This document shows, piece by piece, positions 45,348 to 55,379 of a stretch of DNA of 64,000 bases. Numbering within the stretch: position 1 is the stretch's first letter; each line of letters starts with the position of its first letter. The notes under the pieces were generated by a model, which was not told where the DNA came from, made no database searches, and saw nothing but the letters and a program-made list of their open reading frames with translations. The position numbers and the translations under genes were made by a program. The stretch comes from Flagellimonas sp. (GTDB lineage Bacteria > Bacteroidota > Bacteroidia > Flavobacteriales > Flavobacteriaceae), in assembly GCF_965215805.1 (NCBI RefSeq), contig NZ_OZ244124.1, positions 2,358,417 to 2,422,416 on the forward strand, written 5' to 3'.

Positions 45348-45866
45348 ATGATAAAGCTTAAAAAAATAGGAAGTGTATTAGGTTTGTTAGCCCTTTTATT
45401 ATTGTTTTCCTTTACCACGATGCACAAATTCTACCTTAGTGTGACCAATGTGGTATACTCTGAAAAAAGTGCATCGTTCCAAATAACCAGTCGGATCTTT
45501 ATTGATGACCTGGACGATGTTCTGGAAGAACGATACGGGGTCAAGGCAGAACTGGCAACAAAAAATGAGGCTCCCGTAGCGGATGCCTATATTGAAAAAT
45601 ACCTCCGTGCAAAATTTGCCATAGCGCTAAATGGCGAAATCGTCCCCTACACTTTTTTGGGAAAAGAATATGACAATGATGTCGTAATCTGCTACATGGA
45701 GTTGGAAGATGTGGACTTTTCCAGCTTAAAATCAGTCTCCATTCAGAATGAAGTTCTTACCGATCTTTTTGAAGAACAGCAAAATGTGGTCCATGTAAAA
45801 TGGAAAGGAACGAAAAAAAGTTTTGTGTTGATCAAGGAGAATAATAAAGGAATGTTAAACTTATAA
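45348..45866 (+). CDS. DUF6702-like exported protein
   Basis: HKFYLSVT...RIFIDDL...LGKEY...LTDLFEEQQNVVHV; typical neighbour of M1 peptidases. Confidence 0.7.
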   Translation: MIKLKKIGSVLGLLALLLLFSFTTMHKFYLSVTNVVYSEKSASFQITSRIFIDDLDDVLEERYGVKAELATKNEAPVADAYIEKYLRAKFAIALNGEIVPYTFLGKEYDNDVVICYMELEDVDFSSLKSVSIQNEVLTDLFEEQQNVVHVKWKGTKKSFVLIKENNKGMLNL

Positions 45867-45928
45867 CTGCCTTTTAACAGTTCGTTAAAAAAAAGCTATT
45901 TTTCACCGTTTTAAAAATCAATAAGAAA

Positions 45929-48241
45929 ATGAACAAAATCAAGTATTGTTTTGCTTCCATGCTGTTTCTTTTTGGTGCAATGGCCTTTGCACAGGAAGAA
46001 GGTGAAACCAAAGAGCAAAGGGAGCCTGGTCATGTGAACCAAAGCAAGTTTAAACAGTTGTACGAAGAGTTCTCCACTCCAAACACCTACCGTTCAGCCT
46101 CCGGAGCTCCCGGTCCTGATTACTATCAGCAAAGAGCAGATTATGTAATGGACATTGAATTGGACGATAAAAATGCCAAGATTTATGGTGAAGAAACTAT
46201 TACCTATTACAACAATTCTCCAGATGATTTGGAGTTCCTATGGGTGCAGCTAGATCAAAATGTGCGGGCTAAAGATTCCAAGTCTCCATTAAGAAATGGA
46301 AACGGAGTAAGCTTTGCCTATATGGCGGGGGATTTTGCCCAAACCTATGTCACCGAGCCTTTCGATGGCGGTTTCAATATTGAATTTGTGAAGGATGCCA
46401 ATGGCAAGCCATTGTCCTATACCATCAACCAAACCATGATGCGTCTGAACATTCCCCAACCGCTTAAGAGTGGGGAGCAGATTTCATTTTCCATCAAGTG
46501 GTGGTATAATGTTCCTGACCATACGGTGAACAGGGCGCGTTCTGGCTTCGAATACTTTGCAAAAGACGGAAACCGCGCCTATGTTATTGCACAGTTTTTC
46601 CCAAGAATGGCTGTTTATAGCGATGTGGAAGGATGGCAAAACCATCAGTTTTGGGGAAGTGGCGAATTTGCCCTTCCATTCGGTAACTATGAAGTAAACA
46701 TTACTGTACCGTCAGATCATATCTTGGATGCCACTGGAGTTTTGCAAAACAGGGAACAGGTATTCTCCAAAGAGATGATGAAACGTTATAAGCAGGCTAA
46801 GAAATCGTATGATAAACCTGTCCTAATTGTAACCCAAGAAGAAGCTGAAGCGGCGGAAAAAGGCTTTTCGGAAAAGAAAAAGACTTGGAAGTTCAAAGCA
46901 ACCAATGTACGGGATTATGGTTTTGCGACCTCAAGAAAATTTGTTTGGGACATGCAGGCCGTAAAAATTGGTGGAAAAGATGTAATGGCTGTTTCCCTAT
47001 ATCCTAAAGAAGGAAACCCACTTTGGGAGGAGCAGTCCACCAAAGCTGTGGTACAAACTTTGAAAACCTATTCAAAACATACTTTTGATTACCCTTACCA
47101 TAAGGCTATCTCGGTACATGCCAAAAACCAAGGTATGGAATACCCTATGATTTGCTGGAACTATGGACGTCCCAACGAGGATGGTACGTATTCCGACAGA
47201 ACCAAGTACGGTATGATCAGTGTGATCATCCATGAGGTGGGGCACAACTACTTCCCTATGATCGTAAACTCTGATGAGCGTCAGTGGGGATGGATGGATG
47301 AAGGTTTGGATACTTTCATGCAATATTTGACCGAGCAGGAATTTGGGAAAAATTACCCAGATGTCATCGCTCCCAACTCAAAATACCCTTCTAGAAGAGG
47401 CGAGGCAGCGAAAATTGTCCCTTATATGGCTGGTGACCAAAGTCACATTTCACCCATTATGTCCAATCCAGAGAATGTATATCAGCTGGGGCCAAACGCC
47501 TATGGTAAACCAGCTACTGCTTTGAACATTCTTAGGGAAACCGTTATGGGCCCCGAATTGTTCGATCATGCATTTAAAACCTATGCCCAGCGTTGGAAAT
47601 TCAAGCATCCTACCCCAGAGGATTTCTTTAGAACCATGGAAGATGCATCAGCAGTGGACTTGGATTGGTACTGGAGATCTTGGTTCTATACTACCGATTA
47701 TGTTGATATCGGGGTAAAAGGGGTGAAAAAATACTATGTTTCAGACAAGCCTACCAAACAAATGGAAAAGTATATGGCGGATAGAAATATCACAGAAGCC
47801 GATTTACCTCCATTGGTTTATTTGGCGGAAGAGGATAGTGAGGATTACAATCCCGACCTCAAAGGAAAGGCACCTACAGAGGTTTCCCAGAACTTGAAGG
47901 AATTTATGATGGATAACTTGAGTGCTGAGGAAAGGACCCAGGTCCAGGAACCCAAGTATTTCTATGAGATTACTTTTGACAAGCCGGGAGGGATTCCAAT
48001 GCCTTTGATTGTTGAATATACCTATGCCGATGGAACTAAGGAAAACGTGACCTATCCACCGGAAATATGGAGAAAGAACGATGCAGAGGTGAAACGTGTA
48101 TTGTCTTCCCAAAAGGAATTGGTAGGTATTGTGGTTGACCCCAAAGCGGAAACCGCAGATATCGATACGGCCAACAATTCTTGGCCCAAGAAAGAGGAAA
48201 AATCCGATTTCGATAAGTTCAAACAAAATATCAAAGGGTAG
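45929..48241 (+). CDS. M1 family zinc aminopeptidase
   Basis: GMEYPM, HEVGHNYF (HExxH) ... WMDEG, AYGKP; signal peptide. Confidence 0.93.
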   Translation: MNKIKYCFASMLFLFGAMAFAQEEGETKEQREPGHVNQSKFKQLYEEFSTPNTYRSASGAPGPDYYQQRADYVMDIELDDKNAKIYGEETITYYNNSPDDLEFLWVQLDQNVRAKDSKSPLRNGNGVSFAYMAGDFAQTYVTEPFDGGFNIEFVKDANGKPLSYTINQTMMRLNIPQPLKSGEQISFSIKWWYNVPDHTVNRARSGFEYFAKDGNRAYVIAQFFPRMAVYSDVEGWQNHQFWGSGEFALPFGNYEVNITVPSDHILDATGVLQNREQVFSKEMMKRYKQAKKSYDKPVLIVTQEEAEAAEKGFSEKKKTWKFKATNVRDYGFATSRKFVWDMQAVKIGGKDVMAVSLYPKEGNPLWEEQSTKAVVQTLKTYSKHTFDYPYHKAISVHAKNQGMEYPMICWNYGRPNEDGTYSDRTKYGMISVIIHEVGHNYFPMIVNSDERQWGWMDEGLDTFMQYLTEQEFGKNYPDVIAPNSKYPSRRGEAAKIVPYMAGDQSHISPIMSNPENVYQLGPNAYGKPATALNILRETVMGPELFDHAFKTYAQRWKFKHPTPEDFFRTMEDASAVDLDWYWRSWFYTTDYVDIGVKGVKKYYVSDKPTKQMEKYMADRNITEADLPPLVYLAEEDSEDYNPDLKGKAPTEVSQNLKEFMMDNLSAEERTQVQEPKYFYEITFDKPGGIPMPLIVEYTYADGTKENVTYPPEIWRKNDAEVKRVLSSQKELVGIVVDPKAETADIDTANNSWPKKEEKSDFDKFKQNIKG

Positions 48242-48262
48242 TTAAACCCTAGATCAAGTGTT

Positions 48263-48293
48263 AAAAGCCCTGTGAAATCACAGGGCTTTTTTT
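48263..48293 (+). terminator. Intrinsic terminator after the M1 peptidase
   Basis: AAAAGCCCTGTG-aaat-CACAGGGCTTTT plus T tract. Confidence 0.85.
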
Positions 48294-48326
48294 AGTTTCC
48301 AAGCAAGTTCTCATTATATTTGTCCT

Positions 48327-48605
48327 ATGCATTTTCTATTCATCAGCGGCGGAGAAATCTTTTTTATCCTTTTTATTGTGGTCATGGTTTTTGGTGCCGA
48401 TAAAATACCGGGTATTGCCAAAGGCCTGGGTAAGGGAATGCGACAGTTACGGGACGCCACGGACGATATTAAGCGCGAAATCCAAAAGAGCGCCGAGAGC
48501 CAAGGTATTGATACCGACTTCACCAAAGACATCCGAAACGAACTGAATGAAGTAAAGAAAAATGTGGATGAGGTAACTGGAGCTGTCAAAAGAAGCACCA
48601 AATAA
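48327..48605 (+). CDS. tatA: Twin-arginine translocase TatA/TatB family subunit
   Basis: ISGGEI...VMVFGADKIPGIAKGLGKGMRQLRDA; TATATTTG -7 at 48315-48322. Confidence 0.9.
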   Translation: MHFLFISGGEIFFILFIVVMVFGADKIPGIAKGLGKGMRQLRDATDDIKREIQKSAESQGIDTDFTKDIRNELNEVKKNVDEVTGAVKRSTK

Positions 48606-48608
48606 TCC

Positions 48609-49166
48609 ATGTTGGACCGGCTCCTACAATGGGATCAGGATGTTTTCATTTATCTTAACGGGCTTGGTGTCGAATTTTGGGATCCTTTTTGGTCAACCGT
48701 GACCAAGATTTCAGTGTGGACTCCCTTATTCCTGTTGTTTCTTGCCCTGTTTTTACTGAAGTTTCCTAAAAGGCAGGCCTTTTCCAGAATTACTGCGGTA
48801 GTGGCCTTGGCATTTTTCATCACCTTAATTACCCATTGGACCAAAATTGGTTTTAAAAGACTGCGCCCCTGTGATGATGCAGAAATAAATTCCTTTATCC
48901 GCATCTTGGATACCCCTTCGGGTTATAGTTTTTTTTCGGGTCATGCTTCCAGCTCCTTTGCCATTGCCCTTTTGGTCTATTTGCTGCTTAGAAACAAGAT
49001 AAAATGGGCAGGTTTATTTTTTATTTGGCCCCTACTGTTCACCACCAGCCGTATTTATGTTGGGGTGCATTATCCTTTGGATGTTTTGGTTGGAGCAGCA
49101 GTTGGAGTGATTTCGGGTTTACTTTTCCATCGACTACACCGAGCTATAGTACCCGGCACATCGTAA
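48609..49166 (+). CDS. PAP2 family phosphatase
   Basis: KIGFKRLRP, SFFSGH, SRIYVGVHYPLD. Confidence 0.92.
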   Translation: MLDRLLQWDQDVFIYLNGLGVEFWDPFWSTVTKISVWTPLFLLFLALFLLKFPKRQAFSRITAVVALAFFITLITHWTKIGFKRLRPCDDAEINSFIRILDTPSGYSFFSGHASSSFAIALLVYLLLRNKIKWAGLFFIWPLLFTTSRIYVGVHYPLDVLVGAAVGVISGLLFHRLHRAIVPGTS

Positions 49167-49785
49167 GCCCATCACGTATAGGGAGCAAAACGGTTTCAAC
49201 TCTTGGATCTTGCTTTAATTTCTGATTATAGGCCAACAATGAAGCCGTAGCCTTATCCGAAGGAATCAAAGGTTCCACTACTTTACCAGACCAGAGCACA
49301 TTATCGCTTAAAATGATACTTCCCGCCTTGGTTTTTTCAATGACGGCTTCAAAAAAGGCATCATACTGGACTTTTTGGGCATCGATGAACACCAAATCAA
49401 ATTGATGATCCAACTTTGGAACAATGTCCAGGGCATCTCCAATATGCTGCTTGATCTGTGCTCCAAAACCACTTTTATCAAAGTACTTCCGCTGCATGCC
49501 GTGCAGTTCCTCATTGACTTCAATGGTGTGCAACTCGCCCGACTTTTGGAGTCCCTCGGCCAAACAAATGGCAGAATACCCTGTATAGGTTCCTATTTCC
49601 AATATGAATTTGGGTGAAATAATTTTGGAGAGCATGCTCAGTACCCTCCCTTGAAAGTGACCGGTGATCATTCGGGGTTGAATAACCTTTAGGTGGGTTT
49701 CACGGGTGAGCTCCGTTAAAATTGCTGGTTCCGACTCCGTGTTTTCTGCAATATAGCTTTCCAATAAGGGGGATAAAAAATGCAT
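49144..49785 (-). CDS. O-methyltransferase (Methyltransf_3)
   Basis: ILEIGTYTGYSA, FDLVFIDA, SDNVLWSG, LPIRDGL; start refined to ATG 49785. Confidence 0.92.
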   Translation of the reverse strand: MHFLSPLLESYIAENTESEPAILTELTRETHLKVIQPRMITGHFQGRVLSMLSKIISPKFILEIGTYTGYSAICLAEGLQKSGELHTIEVNEELHGMQRKYFDKSGFGAQIKQHIGDALDIVPKLDHQFDLVFIDAQKVQYDAFFEAVIEKTKAGSIILSDNVLWSGKVVEPLIPSDKATASLLAYNQKLKQDPRVETVLLPIRDGLTMCRVL

Positions 49786-49853
49786 GCGTAAATTTTCGCA
49801 AAAATAGAGAAAAGAAGTACATTGGATATACCGTTTATCTCGAACTAGAACAT

Positions 49854-50318
49854 ATGGTTTCATCCAATTTTACAACTAGAAATGCCAGAATGGAGGATTT
49901 GCCCATTCTGTTGGATTTTGAGCAGCAATTGATCAAGGCAGAAAGACCTTTTGATATCACCATCAGGGAGGATCCTGTTAGCTATTATGATATCAAGGCT
50001 ATGATTGATAATGATGACGCCTGTGTTCTAGTGATTGAACATGAAAGAGAAATTGTGGCCTCTGGGTATGCCATTACCAAAAGAGCAAGACATTATCTGG
50101 ATCATGAGTTCTATGCTTACTTGGGCTTTATGTATACCCACCCCAATTTTAGGGGCAAAGGCCTGAATGCAAGAATAGTTGAATCACTCAAGCAATGGGC
50201 CGATTCCAAAGGACTTGCTGAAATGCGCTTGACGGTTTACGAGGATAACATTCCAGCCGTAAAAGCCTATGAAAAAGTGGGCTTCAAAAAACACATTAGT
50301 GAAATGCGACTGGAATAA
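49854..50318 (+). CDS. GNAT family N-acetyltransferase
   Basis: MYTHPNFRGKGL, LTVYEDNIPAVKAYEKVGF; start refined to ATG 49854. Confidence 0.88.
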   Translation: MVSSNFTTRNARMEDLPILLDFEQQLIKAERPFDITIREDPVSYYDIKAMIDNDDACVLVIEHEREIVASGYAITKRARHYLDHEFYAYLGFMYTHPNFRGKGLNARIVESLKQWADSKGLAEMRLTVYEDNIPAVKAYEKVGFKKHISEMRLE

Positions 50319-50367
50319 GACTAGAGAAAACGATATTTAATTTCCATATTTAACCCAAACAATACGT

Positions 50368-51636
50368 ATGACTTTTCAGCATTCCTTGGAATTTGCACAA
50401 CAGTTGGACGCCCAAGACCCCCTGGCCAAGTATAGGGAGGAGTTCCACTATCCCCAGCACAATGGAAAGGATGTAATCTATTTTACTGGCAATTCTTTGG
50501 GACTTCAGCCTAAACGTAGCCAGAAATTTGTGGATGACGTCATGAAAGACTGGAAGGAAATGGCTGTGGAGGGTCATTTTTATGCTGAAAAGCCATGGTG
50601 GGACTATCATGAGCGCTTGGCGGAAGGCTTGTCCAAAATTGTTGGCGCCAAAAAAGAGGAGGTTTCCGTAATGAACACTCTTACAGTGAATCTGCACCTG
50701 TTAATGGTATCCTTCTATAGACCCACTGGAAATAGAATAAAGATTTTGTGTGAGGAGAAGGCCTTTCCGTCCGATCAATACATGCTACAAAGTCAGGCTA
50801 GGTACCACGGTTTTAATCCTGAAGATGTGATTGTGGAGGTTAAAAAAAGGGATGGCGAACATTTTTGGAGAACGGAGGACATTCTTGATAAGATCAATGA
50901 GGTAGGAGAGGAGTTGTCCTTGGTCTTAATGGGAGGGGTCAATTATTACAATGGCCAAGTCTTGGATATGGAAGCCATTACCAAAGCTGGAAAAAAAGTA
51001 GGTGCAAAAGTGGGATGGGATTTGGCCCATGGTGTAGGTAACGTAAAGCTTAGCCTGCATGATTGGGGTGCAGATTTCGCGGCTTGGTGCAGTTATAAAT
51101 ATATGAACAGTGGCCCAGGAAATGCTTCTGGAATCTATGTGAATGAGAGTTATCTGGGACAAAAGGATATACCGCGTTTTGAAGGGTGGTGGGGCACCAA
51201 AAAGGAAACCCGCTTTTTGATGCAACCGGAATTTGACCCGATAGATACGGCAGACGCCTGGCAGTTAAGTAATCCTCCAATTCTTTCTGTAGCACCCTAT
51301 TTGGCTTCGCTGGAGTTGTTTGATGAGGTGGGCATGGATGCTTTGGTGCAAAAACAAAAAAAGATAGTGGCCTTTCTGGAATTTGTTCTAAAAGAAATAG
51401 ATAAAGAGGTGGAAAGTACCTTTGAAATCATTACTCCTGAAGATAGAGGATGTCAACTTTCCGTTTTTCTGCATGGAGAAGGGCGCCCTCTCTTTGATTT
51501 TCTGATGAAGAATGGGGTCATTACGGATTGGAGAGAACCCAATGTGATCCGATTGGCTCCCGCTCCTTTGTATTGCTCGTACACTGATATGTACAATTTT
51601 GGACAAATATTAAAGGAAGGGATTTTAAGCAAGTGA
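50368..51636 (+). CDS. kynU: Kynureninase
   Basis: YFTGNSLGLQP, MNTLTVNLHL, WDLAHGVGN, WCSYKYMNSGP, RGCQLS, DWREP. Confidence 0.96.
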   Translation: MTFQHSLEFAQQLDAQDPLAKYREEFHYPQHNGKDVIYFTGNSLGLQPKRSQKFVDDVMKDWKEMAVEGHFYAEKPWWDYHERLAEGLSKIVGAKKEEVSVMNTLTVNLHLLMVSFYRPTGNRIKILCEEKAFPSDQYMLQSQARYHGFNPEDVIVEVKKRDGEHFWRTEDILDKINEVGEELSLVLMGGVNYYNGQVLDMEAITKAGKKVGAKVGWDLAHGVGNVKLSLHDWGADFAAWCSYKYMNSGPGNASGIYVNESYLGQKDIPRFEGWWGTKKETRFLMQPEFDPIDTADAWQLSNPPILSVAPYLASLELFDEVGMDALVQKQKKIVAFLEFVLKEIDKEVESTFEIITPEDRGCQLSVFLHGEGRPLFDFLMKNGVITDWREPNVIRLAPAPLYCSYTDMYNFGQILKEGILSK

Positions 51637-52491
51637 GGTAGAGTACCTGCGCTTTACGTATACGGAAGGCGATAAGCCTTGATATCTCCTAAATTGCTTG
51701 CTAAAGTAAGAAGGGTCCGTGAACCCGCATTGGTACATGACCTCGGCAATGGTTGAATTGTCCTCATTGAAAAGTTCCACCGCTTTGGTTATCCGATACT
51801 CATTGACAAAATCCAGAAACCGTCTTTGGGTCATTTTTCTAAAAAAACGGCTAAAGGAATTGGGAGTGAAACCCAGTTGCGCTGAAATTTCAAGCACGGA
51901 AATTTCTTTATGATAGTTGGTGTTTACATACTCAAAGACGTGTTCCAACCGCCTAATCTCGTCACTTTTAAACTCGTTGATTGAAAATGTGTCCAATAGG
52001 GTTTTATAGGTTTTTTCCTTGGACAGATCACTTAGGATAGACAACAGATTGATCAATCTACCTTGATTGTCTTGATGGGCAAAGGCTTCAAATTTGGATT
52101 GTAATTCATCCTTGCACTGCTGGCTGAAGACAAGGACATGACCGGATTTTTCAATAAGCTTTTTGATGGCATCAAATTCTGGGAATACTTTGATTTTTTC
52201 ATCCAAAAACTCCTTTCTAAACTGGATGACCACCTCTATGTTATCTTCATTATCCTTGTTGCCAAAGTCAGCATGGGGAATATTTCCTGCTAAAAATACA
52301 AGCGTCCCATGGGTATAATGGCTTTTGTTGGAACCAATATGCAAACAACCGGCTCCATTTTTCACATAGACCAATTCGTATTCCGGATGCACATGCCAAC
52401 CAGCCGACTCACAATAACTGGAATTGTTATACGTAGCTACCTTTAAGGAAGTGTTGTGGGAGACATTAATGGATTCCAACATGGGTTTCAT
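51625..52491 (-). CDS. AraC family transcriptional regulator (cupin + HTH)
   Basis: WHVHPEYEL...PH cupin; FTPNSFSRFFRK; CGFTDPSYFSKQF. Confidence 0.93.
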   Translation of the reverse strand: MKPMLESINVSHNTSLKVATYNNSSYCESAGWHVHPEYELVYVKNGAGCLHIGSNKSHYTHGTLVFLAGNIPHADFGNKDNEDNIEVVIQFRKEFLDEKIKVFPEFDAIKKLIEKSGHVLVFSQQCKDELQSKFEAFAHQDNQGRLINLLSILSDLSKEKTYKTLLDTFSINEFKSDEIRRLEHVFEYVNTNYHKEISVLEISAQLGFTPNSFSRFFRKMTQRRFLDFVNEYRITKAVELFNEDNSTIAEVMYQCGFTDPSYFSKQFRRYQGLSPSVYVKRRYSTSLA

Positions 52492-52602
52492 GCTGTAAAA
52501 CTACCAATAAAATCTTGTTTATATCCAGTTTGGGAATAAAACAGACAAGTATTGGAATGTTTTCAGCTATAAAGTTCCGCTGGGGTTCGGTTATTTTGCC
52601 AT

Positions 52603-53751
52603 ATGAAATCACTTCAACTTATTTTTTCCAATCCCAGATACTTTGCACCAGCTTGGGTTTTTACCACCCTTAACATTTGGTTTGGTACCTGGGCCATTTA
52701 TATCCCGACGGTAAAAGAAAAATTGGACATCAACAAGGCCGATTTAGGGATTGCCTTGTTTTGCCTGTCATTGGGAGTTTTTGCCATTTTTCCCTTGGCG
52801 CCCAAAATCATCAATAAACTTGGAGTGGGAAAAGCAACTTGGGTAGGAGTGTTGTTGGGTAGTATAACGGCCATATTCCCACTATTGGCACCCAATTACA
52901 TTACATTGGCGGTAACCCTATTTCTTTTTGGGGCAGCCAATGGACTTACAGATATTGCCATGAATACCCTGGTCACTGAGATTGAAAAGGAGGATAAGCA
53001 GAATTTTATGTCGGCGGCCCATGGATTTTTTAGTTTGGGCGGCGTTGTTGTGGGCTTGGGTAGTTTCTTAATTCCCATTATCGGGAACCCGGCACTTCAT
53101 ATGGGCATAACCGTGGGTGTTGCGTTTTTGATCAATTTGTACTTTTTCCGCCATTATATAAACATTAAGGCAGCTCCACAGGAAAAAGAGGCCTTCAATT
53201 TAAAATTGTTCAAACCCCTGCTTTTACTGGGACTGATAAGTTTTGTTGCTTTTGGTAGTGAAGGTGCTATTGTGGATTGGAGTGGACTTTATTTAAAAGA
53301 GATAACGCTGGCTCCGGAAGCACTTATCGGCTCGGGATTTTTGGCCTTTTCCGTTGCCATGACCCTAGGAAGGTTTTTGGGGGATGGCATCAGCGCTCGG
53401 ATAGGTTCCATTAAAATTGTGGTGTTGGGAGCTTCGGTGGCGCTTTTAGGGTATCTGTTGGTGTTATCGGAACATACCCTTTTGGCCATTGTGGGCTTTG
53501 CCTTGAGCGGTCTTGGGTTTTCTGTTATAGTCCCTGAGCTTTTCAGAATTGGGGGTAACGTTAAGGGGGTGGAATCGGCACAAGGAGTTTCCTTTATCGC
53601 TGGTACCGGATACTCAGGTTTTTTAATGGGACCCGTTGTTTTGGGCTTTGTGGCGGAAAGCACTTCCCTAACCCATAGTTTCTATGGTCTTTTGGGCTGC
53701 ATTCTACTGGTTTTGGGAACTAGCTTGTTCCTTCAGAAAAAGAGAGCTTAG
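52603..53751 (+). CDS. MFS transporter
   Basis: About 12 TM; DIAMN, MSAAHGFFSLG, EGAIVDWS, MTLGRFLGD. Confidence 0.9.
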   Translation: MKSLQLIFSNPRYFAPAWVFTTLNIWFGTWAIYIPTVKEKLDINKADLGIALFCLSLGVFAIFPLAPKIINKLGVGKATWVGVLLGSITAIFPLLAPNYITLAVTLFLFGAANGLTDIAMNTLVTEIEKEDKQNFMSAAHGFFSLGGVVVGLGSFLIPIIGNPALHMGITVGVAFLINLYFFRHYINIKAAPQEKEAFNLKLFKPLLLLGLISFVAFGSEGAIVDWSGLYLKEITLAPEALIGSGFLAFSVAMTLGRFLGDGISARIGSIKIVVLGASVALLGYLLVLSEHTLLAIVGFALSGLGFSVIVPELFRIGGNVKGVESAQGVSFIAGTGYSGFLMGPVVLGFVAESTSLTHSFYGLLGCILLVLGTSLFLQKKRA

Positions 53752-53762
53752 AAATCCTGGAA

Positions 53763-54437
53763 TTACTCTTTGATTACGGATAGATTGGTAAAATTCAAGC
53801 TGAATTCTTCTTCTGATTTTCTATGATCTTGGGCTAATTTCAGTCCTTCCATAGTCACATAATCCTCCCAAGTAGTGGTCATGGAAGGTTCTGCTTGGTT
53901 GGCTTTTCTAAATACCCATTCACGCAAAACAAAGTCGTCCTTAAAATAAAAATCATAGGCATCTCCAGGGGTATACCCACCTTCGTTGCCATATACTATG
54001 GTCAGCTTCTGCATGGATTCTCCACTAATAGGTGCCTTTTGACCTTCTTTGTGTTCCGAAGTATAATTGTTGGCATCCCAAATTAGATTGAACGGCGCCA
54101 AAATCCAGAATCTGTCATTGATAAAACCGCTATTGCGTTCAAGGGCAACGCTATCCATGGATTTTCGATTGTAAACTAAAGTGTCCGAGGAAATTGAAGT
54201 GACCTTATTGGTTTTAGGCTCCCAGACCCAGGTACGTTCAAAATGGGTGGTATCCTTATCCACATTAAATGTAAACGTGATTTCCTTCACGGATTTCCAA
54301 GCATCGTATCCATGTGCTTGGGCTATTTTTTCTGGAATTGACAGTTCTTTTTCAGGAGTGGGCTCAGCTTTGGGTTCAGTTTTACAAGCTGAAATCAATG
54401 TAAAGCTAATCAAGGCTAAAAAGAAGTAGTATTTCAT
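53763..54437 (-). CDS. Hypothetical lipoprotein
   Basis: Lipobox LISAC; FINDRFW, GGYTPGDAYD. Confidence 0.75.
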   Translation of the reverse strand: MKYYFFLALISFTLISACKTEPKAEPTPEKELSIPEKIAQAHGYDAWKSVKEITFTFNVDKDTTHFERTWVWEPKTNKVTSISSDTLVYNRKSMDSVALERNSGFINDRFWILAPFNLIWDANNYTSEHKEGQKAPISGESMQKLTIVYGNEGGYTPGDAYDFYFKDDFVLREWVFRKANQAEPSMTTTWEDYVTMEGLKLAQDHRKSEEEFSLNFTNLSVIKE

Positions 54438-54595
54438 CTGCTAATTTTCCATAAATATAAGGTCAATTTCAATTATCTTGGTGAGATATTCCCTAAAAGG
54501 GAAAACTTCATAAAAAGAACCCGAACAAACCTCGTCCAGTGACTTTTATCAGAAGACTGTTTCTAACTCTTATACATTACATTGATAAGAATTCA

Positions 54596-55165
54596 TTGGA
54601 AACAGATGACCCATATGCCCATCTGACGGATGAGGAACTGGTGCAGAAAATTGTTGCCAACAACAATCCGTTGCTCTTTGGCAAGTTGTACGACCGGTAT
54701 GCAAAAATGGTCTACAACAAATGCTACGGATTTGCCAGATCGGAAGATGAGGCTGAAGATTTGACCCAGGATGTGTTCCTGCAATTGTTCATAAAACTGA
54801 AGATGTTCAAAGGGAAATCCAAGTTTTCCACTTGGCTGTACTCCTTTACCTATAATTTCTGTGTGAACTATGTGAATAGGAACAAGCAGCGAAAGATGAG
54901 CGATAAATCCGTGCCTGTGGAGGACTCGGAATACAAATTGACAGCGGAAATACCCGATGACAGCCTTTTTGAAATGAAGACCAAGAAATTGAAAAAAGCC
55001 TTGGAATTGGTTTCGCCAGAGGATAAGTCCATCTTGTTACTGAAGTATCAGGATGGAGCCTCCATTAAAGATTTGGTAAACCTTATGGAAATAGGGGAGA
55101 GTGCCGTAAAAATGCGGTTAAAAAGAGCAAAAGAAAAATTAATGGAAATCTATAAAACCTTGTAA
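54596..55165 (+). CDS. ECF-type RNA polymerase sigma-70 factor
   Basis: AEDLTQDVFL, FSTWLYS region 2; ESAVKMRLKRAK region 4; TTG 54596 preferred over GTG 54539 (uncertain). Confidence 0.9.
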   Translation: METDDPYAHLTDEELVQKIVANNNPLLFGKLYDRYAKMVYNKCYGFARSEDEAEDLTQDVFLQLFIKLKMFKGKSKFSTWLYSFTYNFCVNYVNRNKQRKMSDKSVPVEDSEYKLTAEIPDDSLFEMKTKKLKKALELVSPEDKSILLLKYQDGASIKDLVNLMEIGESAVKMRLKRAKEKLMEIYKTL

Positions 55166-55166
55166 C

Positions 55167-55355
55167 ATGGCAAAGAAAATTAGAAATCCGTTTAAGGAAC
55201 TGGAAGCTTCGTTACGGGAAGTTCCACCAGGCATGAAGAAAAAAGTAATGAACGATATAGCGGCTGCCAAATTAATCATGGATATGGCCTCGCTCTTCTC
55301 GTTCAATGTGGGATCCGCTTTGCGAAAACTTTTTAAAACCTTGGGAAATAATTGA
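55167..55355 (+). CDS. 62-aa basic protein immediately after the ECF sigma (candidate anti-sigma/partner)
   Basis: ATG 1 nt after the sigma stop; NPFKEL...VPPGMKKKVMNDI. Confidence 0.7.
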   Translation: MAKKIRNPFKELEASLREVPPGMKKKVMNDIAAAKLIMDMASLFSFNVGSALRKLFKTLGNN

Positions 55356-55379
55356 TAACTGCACTATAAAACTAAAGAT

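Noticed and set aside
50368-51636. Isolated kynU as a novel pathway
   Set aside because: Standard kynureninase; other kynurenine-pathway genes can lie elsewhere in the genome.
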